A DNA stretch of 63,700 nt, filler included, from Welwitschia mirabilis (lineage: Eukaryota), in NCBI GenBank assembly GCA_051453625.1. It is 5 parts of one record of this genome, joined end to end, with 100 filler letters (N's around TTAATTAATTAA, not from the genome) between each part and the next. Parts side by side here need not be neighbours in the genome. Positions count along the whole stretch, not along the records: positions 23,671 to 51,384 come from JBOZIK010000001.1; 4 more parts are not named here. One strand, given 5' to 3'. This document shows, in pieces, positions 26,437 to 37,885 of this stretch. Made by a program: the position numbers and the translations under genes. Each line of letters opens with the position of its first letter. The first letter of the stretch is position 1. The notes under the pieces are model-generated. The model saw only the letters and a list, made by a program, of their open reading frames with translations, did no database searches and was not told where the DNA came from.

Positions 26437-28211
26437 TGTTAATATGTAAAAATTAACATTTATATCAAGTGTTTCAGGCTAATTTATTATAAATGAAGAC
26501 AATAATTAAATTATTTTAATCATAAAATATGTCTTCTATTGTTTTTAAAATAAAATTAAATGTTATGTTTTTCTCCATATTAAATTGCAGATATTTAAGC
26601 CACTCTTAGAACACATGGCGGAAGATGGACTCAATTCCGCATAAAACAACAATCGCAAATGAAGACATGAGGTGGTGACACATAGCAAAAGCAATNNNNN
26701 NNNNNNNNNNNNNNNNNNNNNNNNNNNNNNNNNNNNNNNNNNNNNNNNNNNNNNNNNNNNNNNNNNNNNNNNNNNNNNNNNNNNNNNNNNNNNNNTGGTG
26801 CCACAGAGCAAAGGCATCTAAAGACATGTGGTAGAGGCATGTGGAGGTGCCATTAGACCTATGTGACAATTTCCACCAAATGCTACATGACAACCTCCAT
26901 TAAATGCTAAATGATGAAGATTCTACCTAATGCTAGAGGATAGAATCTAACCTACCTAATGCTAAATGACAAAGATTATACATAATACTACAAGCTAAAA
27001 ATGTAACCACCCGTCACCCCCATCTATTCTTATAAAAGAGCCTTGAATCCTTTATTCTCATCATCTTTGCCTTGGAGAAATTGAAGACTTTATAGCATCA
27101 ACTTATGATGGCTTTCTAGGCAACTCGTTAGGGGAGTGAGTTAGTCTTTGAGAATTACTGATGNNNNNNNNNNNNNNNNNNNNNNNNNNNNNNNNNNNNN
27201 NNNNNNNNNNNNNNNNNNNNNNNNNNNNNNNNNNNNNNNNNNNNNNNNNNNNNNNNNNNNNNNNNNNNNNNNNNNNNNNNNNNNNNNNNNNNNNNNNNNN
27301 NNNNNNNNNNNNNNNNNNNNNNNNNNNNNNNNNNNNNNNNNNNNNNNNNNNNNNNNNNNNNNNNNNNNNNNNNNNNNNNNNNNNNNNNNNNNNNNNNNNN
27401 NNNNNNNNNNNNNNNNNNNNNNNNNNNNNNNNNNNNNNNNNNNNNNNNNNNNNNNNNNNNNNNNNNNNNNNNNNNNNNNNNNNNNNNNNNNNNNNNNNNN
27501 NNNNNNNNNNNNNNNNNNNNNNNNNNNNNNNNNNNNNNNNNNNNNNNNNNNNNNNNNNNNNNNNNNNNNNNNNNNNNNNNNNNNNNNNNNNNNNNNNNNN
27601 NNNNNNNNNNNNNNNNNNNNNNNNNNNNNNNNNNNNNNNNNNNNNNTTATAAAGTTGTTCTTTCTATAATACAAAATTTGTTTTTCTTTGATCTTGATTC
27701 ATGAGTAATATCATAATTAGGATGCTTATTTAACTTTTTAAAATATTAATTTTAATTTCGTTTTGTAAATTCCTCTTTGTTACTTAGTCTTTTAATTTTA
27801 TAGATCTTGAATACTTTAGGAATCCTTTCTTTCTATTACTACTTAAGTATTAAGTATGTGTTAGATTCATCATTTATCATATGTTGGATGAGATTATGCC
27901 CCATGAATTAAAAGTAGTTGAATTAGACCATTTATCATATGATGGATGAAAGTACACCTGATGAATTGGAGTGAAGGATTGCCTTGAACAAATTGATGAT
28001 GCCTTGGAGCTAGTTTGCTTCCCTCTTAATTAAGGCAAAAATCAAACTCTAAGAATCATTTTATTTCTTCTTCTTTTTTCCGTTTTTATATCTTGCATTA
28101 AGATTAAAGTTATTGTAATTCTGGCCAACACCCAATGTTATCCTTGAGGGATAATGATAAGTAAGTTTTTAACTTATTTCTAAATTTGAACATTATACTA
28201 CAATTATCACA
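26437..28211 (+). mobile_element. Probable Athila 3' LTR following the integrase and long 3' non-coding region
   Basis: Starts TGTTAATATG after a purine-rich stretch and ends ...TATACTACAATTATCACA, exactly where homology to 35346 begins. Two gaps lie inside. Confidence 0.5.
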
Positions 28212-30174
28212 TCCCTTGAAATTCTCAATATCTTTTTCAATTTCTTCTTCTCATTATAAATAAAACTCTCTTTCCTTTGGTTTTATTATTTGAAATATCT
28301 CCTACACTTAGAGTTTAGTGACTTTATATCTTGAAGATCTTGAAATTTTAGAGTCTTTAAAATCTTAGAGTTTTTTGTGCTTGTGTGTAAAAATCTTAAA
28401 TGTTGGAAAACTTTAAGTCAAATCATGTGTATAATCTTAGGATATTCTCTTATTTCTTATATGGTATACTTTATTTCTTGAATCTTCTATGGCCTAAACC
28501 TTTTCCTTATAATTCTTTTGTGTCTTATGTGCTTTTATATATGGATTTGTTAAATTCTTGCTCTCTTATTCTATGATCCATTATTTCTTTTAAATAATCC
28601 CTATGTTTTTANNNNNNNNNNNNNNNNNNNNNNNNNNNNNNNNNNNNNNNNNNNNNNNNNNNNNNNNNNNNNNNNNNNNNNNNNNNNNNNNNNNNNNNNN
28701 NNNNNNNNNNNGTGCTTTTATATATGGATTTGTTAAATTCTTGCTCTTTTATTCTATGATTCATTATTTCTTTTAAATAATCCCTATGTTTTTTATTCAT
28801 TTTCATAGCCTATAATACTTATTAATGTACTTGTATGATCCTAAGTATTTTTTGAATCTCGTGTATAATCCTAAGTTCTTAGGTTCTTTTGATAGTTTAT
28901 AAAAATTCTTGTTACTTTATTAAGGCACATGTTTTCTTGGAATTCTTATAAATATTTAAAATGTCTTTCTTATTTCTACTGGTTTCAAATATTTATGTGA
29001 GTATCAGTTATATGTTCAAATATTATTCTTATATGAATCTTGTTTCTTATCAAAATTATTGATGCTTGAAATGTAAGTTCATGAAAGTCAATCTTATCCT
29101 TTCTTAAGATATCTATAGAACTTCAAATCTTGTTATTAAAATGAGAGTTTCAAAAATCATCGAATGAGATAGTGGAATATGAGAATCCATAGATTTTCAA
29201 ATAAGGAAATGGAGTTAATAAATCCATAGATCAGTAAATGAGTCATTGAAAGGATAAAAGGAAAACCACATATTGCCAAATAAGATAATGATAAAATAAA
29301 ATTAAAATCATAGATCACAAATGAGGCAGTGGGAATGATGATCCACAAACCTTCGAATGAGGTAGTGGATAAATAAAAATCATAGATCACCAAATGACAC
29401 AATGCTAAATTATATGATAAAACCAATCAATCTCATTTCCATTTACATGAAAATCTAATGTTTGATTATTTAGAGTCTTTCTTCTTATTTCTTCTTAATC
29501 TATCATGTATCTTATGGTTCTTCTAACTTTATCTTTGCATTGTCTAGGTCATACTGGTGATTATGATGATTTATAGTTCTCCCTCCATACTATTTTATGT
29601 TAAACAGGTAATGAACCATAGCATAGTAAAGGCTAATTTATCTTACCAATGGGGGCATATGAAAATAAAATATTTATTGTTCATATTATACTTGAAAAAT
29701 GTTAATTAGAGTGATTTGTTTCTTATTATAACTTGTAATCTTGTTATACCTTATGATTAACTTTTTATTTCCAAAAAATTTGCAGTCATTCATTTGTAAT
29801 ATACTTATAAACATTGCATCTTTAAAATATTAAGATACCAACTTGATCTATTTCTTAACCTTGTAGTTTTAGTTTTAACTAATTACAGTTTTGGTTTTAA
29901 TTTAAAAAAGCTTAGAGTTGTAACTTTACTTAAAGCTTGAGTTGAATAACTTTTAGCTAGCATGTATTATTTTTCTATTGTAGATATACCTTTCTTATAG
30001 GGCTCAACCTTTAAGTGTTCATCCTTTTATTTAAAGTTTTCAACTAAAGCATACCTTTTTTTAATCATTATAATTTATAAGTAATACATAGTCTTGATCG
30101 TAAATGTTAAGAATATTGCATTTTAGTATTAGAGTAACATTTGAAGTTTTTAGGTGAAAAGTATGGATCTTATA
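28212..30174 (+). repeat. Tekay-like LTR 1 (5'-truncated)
   Basis: Homologous to 35346-37111. Ends GGATCTTATA, followed after 3 nt by the PBS-like TGATATTAGAGT. Confidence 0.65.
29150..29410 (+). repeat. Seven degenerate ~36-42 bp tandem units within LTR 1
   Basis: Recurring core CATAGATCAC-AATGAGGCAGTGG with A-rich linkers. Confidence 0.75.
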
Positions 30175-30177
30175 ATT

Positions 30178-30189
30178 TGATATTAGAGT
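30178..30189 (+). promoter_or_regulatory. Decayed tRNA-Met PBS
   Basis: TGATATTAGAGT vs TGGTATCAGAGC (9/12), at the same position as 37115-37126. Confidence 0.6.
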
Positions 30190-31815
30190 CTAGGTTGTGA
30201 TTTTGCTAGCCATTATTTTTGTCAAGCTATTATAAACTTTAACATCAAAGCCTAGAGCTAAATATGTATGCTTACTGAGGTGCTATTATTTGTAAGAAGA
30301 TCTTTTTCTTCTATTTAGATAGAAATTTAACATACTCTTGTCTCCCTAAACAAATGGCCATTAATTTAAGATTTGGATTTCATATCCAAAGTAGAATTAG
30401 AAAGTAAGATTTATATGAGATTTTGTATTCATTTAAGGTACTAAAGAAATTGGAAGATAGTTTCCAAAATAGTGTTAAGTATATTTAGAAAATGTAAAGA
30501 AAAGATTTTTAAAAATAAAATAAAAATAATTATTAATAAGCTAAGATTATCCATTCTAATTTAAACCACTCATATAACATAAGTTACCTTTTTAAATAAA
30601 TGAATAAAGATATAACATACTAAGAAGAGATTAGGTCAAATACCTAAAGACTCCCTCCTAAGTTTAGAAACTTATACTTAGAATTATGTTATATGTAGTC
30701 CTTGTTTAAGCATAGAATGTTATAACTATATGAAATGAAAGGTTTAGCAAAGAAAATATTTTTTAAGAAAATGTTGATAAAATAGAATTTTCCAACCACT
30801 ATGTTGAAGAATTTTTTTGGCTTCAAAAGTATGCATAATAAAAACATAAGCCTTCTTTTAGGTTTTATCTTATTACTCTTTTCTTTATAAATGGAATTGA
30901 GACTTTAGCTAAGAAGCAACCTTCTTAGCCTATTATTCAAAATAATTGATAGATCATATAGAGGAGAGGCTATAACTTTTATAGAATATGATCAAAATTA
31001 TGAGAACTTAGGGCATTCATTTTCATTTAAGTGTCCTACACACTAATCATGTGTGACAACATCATACATAGGCATTTATTAGGTCATCTTTTGAAATCCA
31101 GATATTGATAATAATGCCTTTACTTCCATAGTAGCATAATTTCTCCTATTTTAGCAAGTAGTATCACTAGATAAATTCAATTTTAAATCCAACAAAAGTA
31201 CTACATGCAAGGGTAGTCATTAAAATCTCATAAATAGTTATAACTCATATGACTTTCAAATATCATATGCTTTGCTCACCTTTTCTTTATTGGCATTATG
31301 ACACAAAGGTGTGTATTATTCTTACAAGGAAAGGATGTTATCACTTAATAAATGTATTGATCTCATAAACAATTAGTTTAACAATAAAATTCCTAATAAA
31401 ATTAGATATTTAAAGGTCTTAGACATCTCAAAATAATATATCATGTTTTCCACACAAACATTAATATAAAAAACACAAAAGAATAAAATTAATATGAATG
31501 AAATAAGGTATTTTTTGCCACAGAAGAAAGCTAAAGTTGGAGAAAACATAGTAGAAGAGAAAAGAGGAAAAGAAAGTATCATTTAAGAAATTATGTAAGA
31601 TTATCAAAGACATTCTAGATGATAAGGTTAAAAAGGTCATTATCTCTTATTATACAGTGGAGTATCAATGTTTTCTTATGATAGATGAATATGAGTACAT
31701 CACAAAAATGAATTATATTATAAAGGCTTGCATATTACATAAGAGTAGTATGTCCTCCTACATAACTTCCAAGAATACAATGGAGATCAATTTAGAGAAT
31801 GTCATTATGAAAGAG

Positions 31816-32700
31816 TCAGGCAAAGAGGGCTAAGAAACACAAGAACAAAAAGTCTAGCATAAACACATCCATACTCAATTTATGATCTAATGATTCTTGA
31901 GTAAAGGAATAAGCCAAATGCAAAACATTTACAATGGCAACATTAGACAGACATTCAATTACATTATCATTTAAAGAAGATGAGGAATAAGAGATTATGG
32001 AAGATGATGTAATAGACAGCACACATACATCCTTTCCATCTTGCTTAAATAAAACTAGGTCAAGTGCATTAACAGCATGACCACATGAAATAAGCATATT
32101 AACCCAATCAAGTAGATTATCTACATCATTATCACACTCAAACAGTAACCTTATACTAGTTGTTAGCTCTAGTAGTACTACTCCAAAACAATATACATTC
32201 CCATTGGTTGTAGTCCTCAACATATGTGAGTACTTAAGAGGAACATACCCAAGTGTGCCTACCATTACAGTGATCACATGTGTTTCTTTGAGGTTCAGTA
32301 GCCTTTTTACCTGACAAAGCTTAGAGTCAAACAAATTAAAGTTCTTGTTTAAGAGTATATGTTTATTTCTTTCATGTCTCTATGTATGATCTAAAAGAAT
32401 AGTCATGATGGAGAAAGTTTAGTAACTTGATAGTATCTATTACTACTTTTAACCTTCTAGGCCAATTAATGTACCCAGCTCTATTATCTGTTTTTTGCAT
32501 TACTATTTAGTTTTATTTAATATAATATATTTGGTTCATTTAGATATCTCTTTCACAAAATCCTAGCAATTCTGATAGTTTCCATATGATCTTCATGATA
32601 AAAGTCATTAGAGCATGCTTCTAAATTTTGGTAAGTAACTATTTAAGATCTGATCTTATTGAAAATGCATTTGAATCAATATGTAATTAATTTTACATGA
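31816..32700 (-). pseudogene. Receptor-like kinase pseudogene, copy A (LRR-X type, EMS1/MSP1/BRI1-like kinase domain)
   Basis: Juxtamembrane VTYQNLEACSNDF; INWPRRLKVVIDTIKLLNFLHHD; IIHRDMKE; ETHVITVMVGTLGYVPLKYS...TTNGNVYCFGVVLLELTT; VLHLAYSFTQESLDHKLSM. Frameshifts and stops are present and no DFG is intact. Confidence 0.88.
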
Positions 32701-33759
32701 AATTTGTTCCCTATTCATTCATGAGAAGATCTATTTTTGTCCTATGTATGTACTTCATTGATGCTTTTGGTCCTATCTTGTTATGAATTTGGCTTATAAG
32801 GAAGTGGATGACTTGTAGCCAAATATATGTTTCAATAAACTAAAAGCACAAGAAGAAGCTACAAGGGGATGGATGGTGTCATCTGTAGAAAAAGGAATTA
32901 TTTGTTTTATATCCATCAAAGAAAACACTCATTGGTTTTAAGAGGTAATGAGCAGAAGCATCAAAGAAGCATTGAAAGAAATGTACAAGAAAGAAGTATA
33001 GAGTGGAATAAATTATAATTTATAGGATTACCCTAGGTTATTAGTGATTATTGATGTTGTTTAAAAAAAATAAATAGGAGTCATTAAATCTAGTGAGTAA
33101 GCATACCAATCATTATGAATTTGTAGATGCAAATTGGTTGTTCTTATAATTAAGTTTTTATAAAATATTTTAGAGTGTAAATAATTTATAAACACATATG
33201 TTTTATTTAATTAGCCATTACTTAAGTCTATTGCAAACCATAATTTCCTTTGTCACATAGATGTTTCATTGATTAACATTTGTATTCTTCTGGGATCTAC
33301 TTAGGAGTCTACAGGAGTAGCCCTCAACATTCTTAAAGTTTATTCTTTGAATATCAAAAGTGCTTATCATTATTAATAGATGGATGTTGGAACTTGAGAG
33401 TATTGAATATAATTTATAATAAGTTGAAAAAGAGATGTTACAAAGTTCCATTGTACTATTAATATAATACATCATTCACACTAACAGGTAAAATACTAGA
33501 AAAACTTTAAGATATTATATCTAAATTCATGCAAAACACCTTTATCTAACAAAACATTTTAGAATTTTTTAATTAAAATTTTATATACATTACTTGTTAA
33601 ATTTATAAATTTGTTTTTACTTCTATTTAATTTTTAATTTATATTATTCATTTAATAAATATTTACTAATGTATGAATTACTTTATTAAAAGTATAGATA
33701 AATATTTATAAACTCAGATTATTATTATGTTTGATTTTAATTAATGCTTTTGATACAAA

Positions 33760-34400
33760 TCTTGTGATGGTTCCTTTGACTCAAGAATTAGAAGGGAAGC
33801 TTAAGTTAATAGAGAAAATTTTGCATATGATAAAACATAATAAAGTCAAATATTCATTTAAGAAAGTAAGACCAATAGAATTTCAAGGAGATTATTTTTT
33901 TTCTTAGTTTATCTTTTTTTAATTTTTAAAGTTTCATCATTTAANNNNNNNNNNNNNNNNNNNNNNNNNNNNNNNNNNNNNNNNNNNNNNNNNNNNNNNN
34001 NNNNNNNNNNNNNNNNNNNNNNNNNNNNNNNNNNNNNNNNNNNNTTCATCATTTAAGGGCATATTTTGTTTTGATAAAAAATCAAAATTGGCATCCATAT
34101 TTCTAGGACCATATTAAATAATTAGAAGAATAGAACCTATCACTTATGAATTAGCATTACTATCATAATTTTCTTTACTACATAATGTCTTTCATGTTTC
34201 ATTATTGAGAAAATGTATTTCTAACATGACAAAGATTAGTACCATTTAAGAAGTGAACATTCAACTAGATTATACATTTGAAGCTTAACTAAATAGGAAG
34301 AGAAATCTAACTTTATGGAGTGTAATGATTAGGAGAGACAGAAGTAGAAGCTACTTAGGTACATAAAATAGAGATATTATAGTGGAAATCTAAGTTTTTT
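33760..34400 (+). pseudogene. Tekay integrase C-terminus/chromodomain remnant, copy A
   Basis: KLASIFLGPY*IIRRIEPITYELALLS*FSLLHNVFHVSLLRK resembles the chromovirus GPF...VHNVFHVSMLRK block. It is followed by the PPT TAAGGGTTGGAGAA. Confidence 0.85.
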
Positions 34401-34441
34401 ATTTAACTTTTTAAAAGGAAACTTTTTAAGGGTTGGAGAAA

Positions 34442-37111
34442 TGTCACATCCATATTTTTGAAGATCTAATTATTTATTACAAATAGTTAAATAAAAACTA
34501 AATGAAAATAATTTTACTCTTGTATAGCCCACTAAGATGATTAATTATTAGATTATTCATTTATTCTTTATTTATTAGGATATTATTATTTTTTGAGATA
34601 CAATTCTGTACTTCTTTATTTAATTAATAGTTTTGATGGCTAAATTTGTAGTTATATAAATATTTTTTTTACTTTATCTTGTAACTGTTGAATTTAATGT
34701 ACCATGATTAGTATATTCCCTTAATTTTTCATTTTTTTTATTTTAGTGCATAAAAAAGATCCTTGTGGTAGCTATAATTATTAAGATGTATTATGTTAGC
34801 TTATTTTATGTTTTTATTTTAGTAGTACATGCTAAAGTAACATCCATGATTATAATGTTCCATTTTATTTTGTTAGTGGTTAACATGTATTCATTATGGT
34901 AAATATTTCTATGTGGCAAAATCTTATCTTGATGTTTCTATTGAAATTACATGACAAATGTCTCATCTTGATTCTTTTCTTAATGATTGAAAGTAGTGGT
35001 ATATTTTCAAAATTTAGCATTTTCTTTTGAATGGCTTATTTGAGTAAATACCATTGATTCTTTATTTATTCTAAAAATATTAAGTTTTCATGTAACTAGG
35101 CTTTCACTTCTTTATACTTATTTTGCAAAATGACAAGAACTTTTGAATTATGTAACTTATGTATTGATGATGAAGGCATCTTCTTCATATCTATTATTTA
35201 TTTATTCTTGCCAAAATATTATGGCATCTTAATCATTTATTATTATGATGATGAAATATTAAACATACCCAACAACTAGATAATGTAATGAGTGGGGCTT
35301 AGGGAATCATAATCATTTCTTAAGAAGAGTAATGACTTCTATTTATTCCTTAAAATTCTCAATATATTTTGAATTCTTTATTCTCATCATAAATAGAACT
35401 CCCTTTCCTTTAGTCTTATTATTTGAAATATCTTATAGACTTGGATGTTGGTGACCTTATACCTTGTAGCTTTGAAAATTTTAAAGTCTTTAGAATTTTA
35501 GAGTCTTTGAATCTTAGGAATAGCAATCATGAAGCTTGGAAAAATGTACATCAAATCATATCTAAGATATTTTCTTATTTCTTATATGGTATAATGTATT
35601 TCTTGAATCCCCTATGACCTAAACCTTTTACTTGTAATTCTTGCATATTTTATATTCTTTTATATATGGATTTGTTAAATTCTTACTCTCTTATTCTATA
35701 ACCCATTATTTCTTTTAAATAATCTCTATGTTTTCTATTCATTTGCATAGCCTATAATGCTTATTAATTTACTTGTGTGATTCTAACTATATTTTAAATA
35801 CCTTGTATGATATTAAATTATTTGATTCTTTTTGTATCTAAAAAAACTCTTGTTTCTTTAATAAGTTATATGTTTTCTTGGAATTATTAAAATTTACTAA
35901 AATATATTTCTTATTTCTATTTCTTTAACATATTTCTATGAGTGTTTTCTATATATTTAAAGATTATTCTTATAATAATCTTATTTTTTTAAAAACTTCT
36001 TAATGCTTGAAAAGTAAATCTATAAAATTAAATATTATCCTTTCTTGAGATATCTTTAAAACTTCAAATATTCTTATGAAAATGAGAGTTTCATAGATTG
36101 TTGAAGGAGGCATTGGAATATGGAAACCATAGATTACTAAATGAGATAATGGAATTGATAAATCTATAGATCACTGAATGACACAGTGGAAAGATAAAAA
36201 GGAAACCATAATTACTAAATGAGATATTTGTAAAATAAAATTAGAACCACACATCACCTAATGAGGTCATGAAAATGATGATCTATAGATCACTGAATGA
36301 GGCAATGAAAAATTAAAAATTACAAATCATCGAATGAAGTAGTGGTAAATTCTATAATAAAACTAGTTAACCTTATTTTTATTTTTATGAAAAATATAAT
36401 GTTTGATTATTTGGAGTCTTTCTTCTTGTATCATCTTAATATGTTTTGTATCTTATGATTCATATTACATTTATCTTTTCATTGTCTGAGTTATATTAGG
36501 GACTCTTATAATTCATGATTCTTACTCCATATTGTCTTGTATTAAACAAGTGATAAACTTTAGTGTAGTAAAAGATAATTTATCTTACTGATGAGGGCAT
36601 ATGAAATGAATATTAACTGTCTAGATTTTGCTTAAAAATATTAATTGGATTAATTTGTTCTTTGTTATAACTTGTGATCTTGTTATGTCTTATGATTAAC
36701 CTTTTATTTATAAAACTTTTTAGTCCTTTATCTATAATAGACTCATAAACATTATATCTTTAAGATATTAAGATGTCAAATTGATCTATTTCTTAAATTC
36801 ATAGTTTTAGGTTTAATTACTTATAGTTTTAGTTTTAATTTAAAAAGGCTCGGTTGTAGTTTTACTTGAATCTTTAGTTGAATAAGTTTTAGCTAGTATG
36901 TGTTGTTTTTCTATTGTAAATATACATTTCTTATAGGACTCAATCTTTTGATTTTCACCCTTCTATTTAAAGTTTTTAGCTAGAGCATACCTTTCTTTTT
37001 ATCATAATAATCTATAATTGATGAATAGGCTTAATGGTAAATGTTGAGGACATCACATTTTAATATTAGAGTAACATTTGAAGTATTTAGGTGAAAAATG
37101 TAGCTCTTTCA
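34442..37111 (+). repeat. Tekay-like LTR 2 (complete, ~2.67 kb, shared between the two units)
   Basis: Starts TGTCACATCC directly after the PPT and ends GCTCTTTCA 3 nt before a PBS. Its 5' end matches 46560-46838 and its 3' portion matches 28212-30174. Confidence 0.75.
36091..36350 (+). repeat. Seven degenerate ~36-42 bp tandem units within LTR 2
   Basis: Recurring core ATAGATCACTGAATGAGGCA; counterpart of 29150-29410. Confidence 0.75.
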
Positions 37112-37114
37112 ATT

Positions 37115-37126
37115 TCATATCAGAGC
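37115..37126 (+). promoter_or_regulatory. tRNA-Met PBS
   Basis: TCATATCAGAGC vs TGGTATCAGAGC (10/12), immediately after the LTR-terminal CA plus ATT. Confidence 0.7.
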
Positions 37127-37885
37127 CTAGGTTGTGATTTTATTAGGCATGATTGTTGTTAAGCTATTATAAACTTTAACTTCAGAGCCTAAAGTTGACC
37201 ATGTGTGCTTGTTAAATTAGTAGTGCTTAAAATAAGATCTTTTTCTTCTATTTAGATGAAAATTTAATATACTCTTATCTTCTTGCACAAATAGATATTA
37301 ATTTAAGATTTTTATTTTATATCCAAAATGAAAGTAGGAAGTAATATTTATATGAGATTTTGTATTCATTTAAGGTAATGTAAAAACTAGAAAACAATTT
37401 CCAAAGTAGTGTCAACTATATTTAGGATCCTAAAGAAAAGGTTTCAAAATAATAATAATAATAATAATAATTATCAATAAGCTAATGTTATCCCTTATAA
37501 TCTGAGCCACTCATATAAAATAAGTTACCTTTTTAAAAAAAAAAAATAAAGATGTACCATACTAAGTAGAGTTTAGGCCAAATACCTATACCCCTTCTTC
37601 TAAGTTTGGAAAGTTGTACTTAGAATTATGTTGTATGTAGTCCTTGTTTAAGTCTAGAAAGTCATGACTATGTAAAATAAAAGGTTTAGTGAAGAAAATA
37701 TTTATTGAGAAAATGTTGATCAAATGGAATTTTCAATCACTACATTGAAGAATAATTTCTAAGGCTTTAAAAGTGCATATAATAAACCCATAAACCTTCT
37801 TTTAAGCTTTATTTCATTACTCTTCTCTACAAATGGCACTAAAACTTTGTTGAAGAAGTGGCATTCTTTGAGCATTATTCAAGAC

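Noticed and set aside
29150-29410. CRISPR-like repeat/spacer appearance (also 36091-36350)
   Set aside because: Plant LTR context, degenerate repeats, short A-rich linkers related to one another, and no cas genes.
31816-32334. 172-aa ORF as a functional kinase gene
   Set aside because: HRD is out of frame upstream, DFG is lost, and PPEY and GDVYS are mutated. It is called a pseudogene with no gene symbol.
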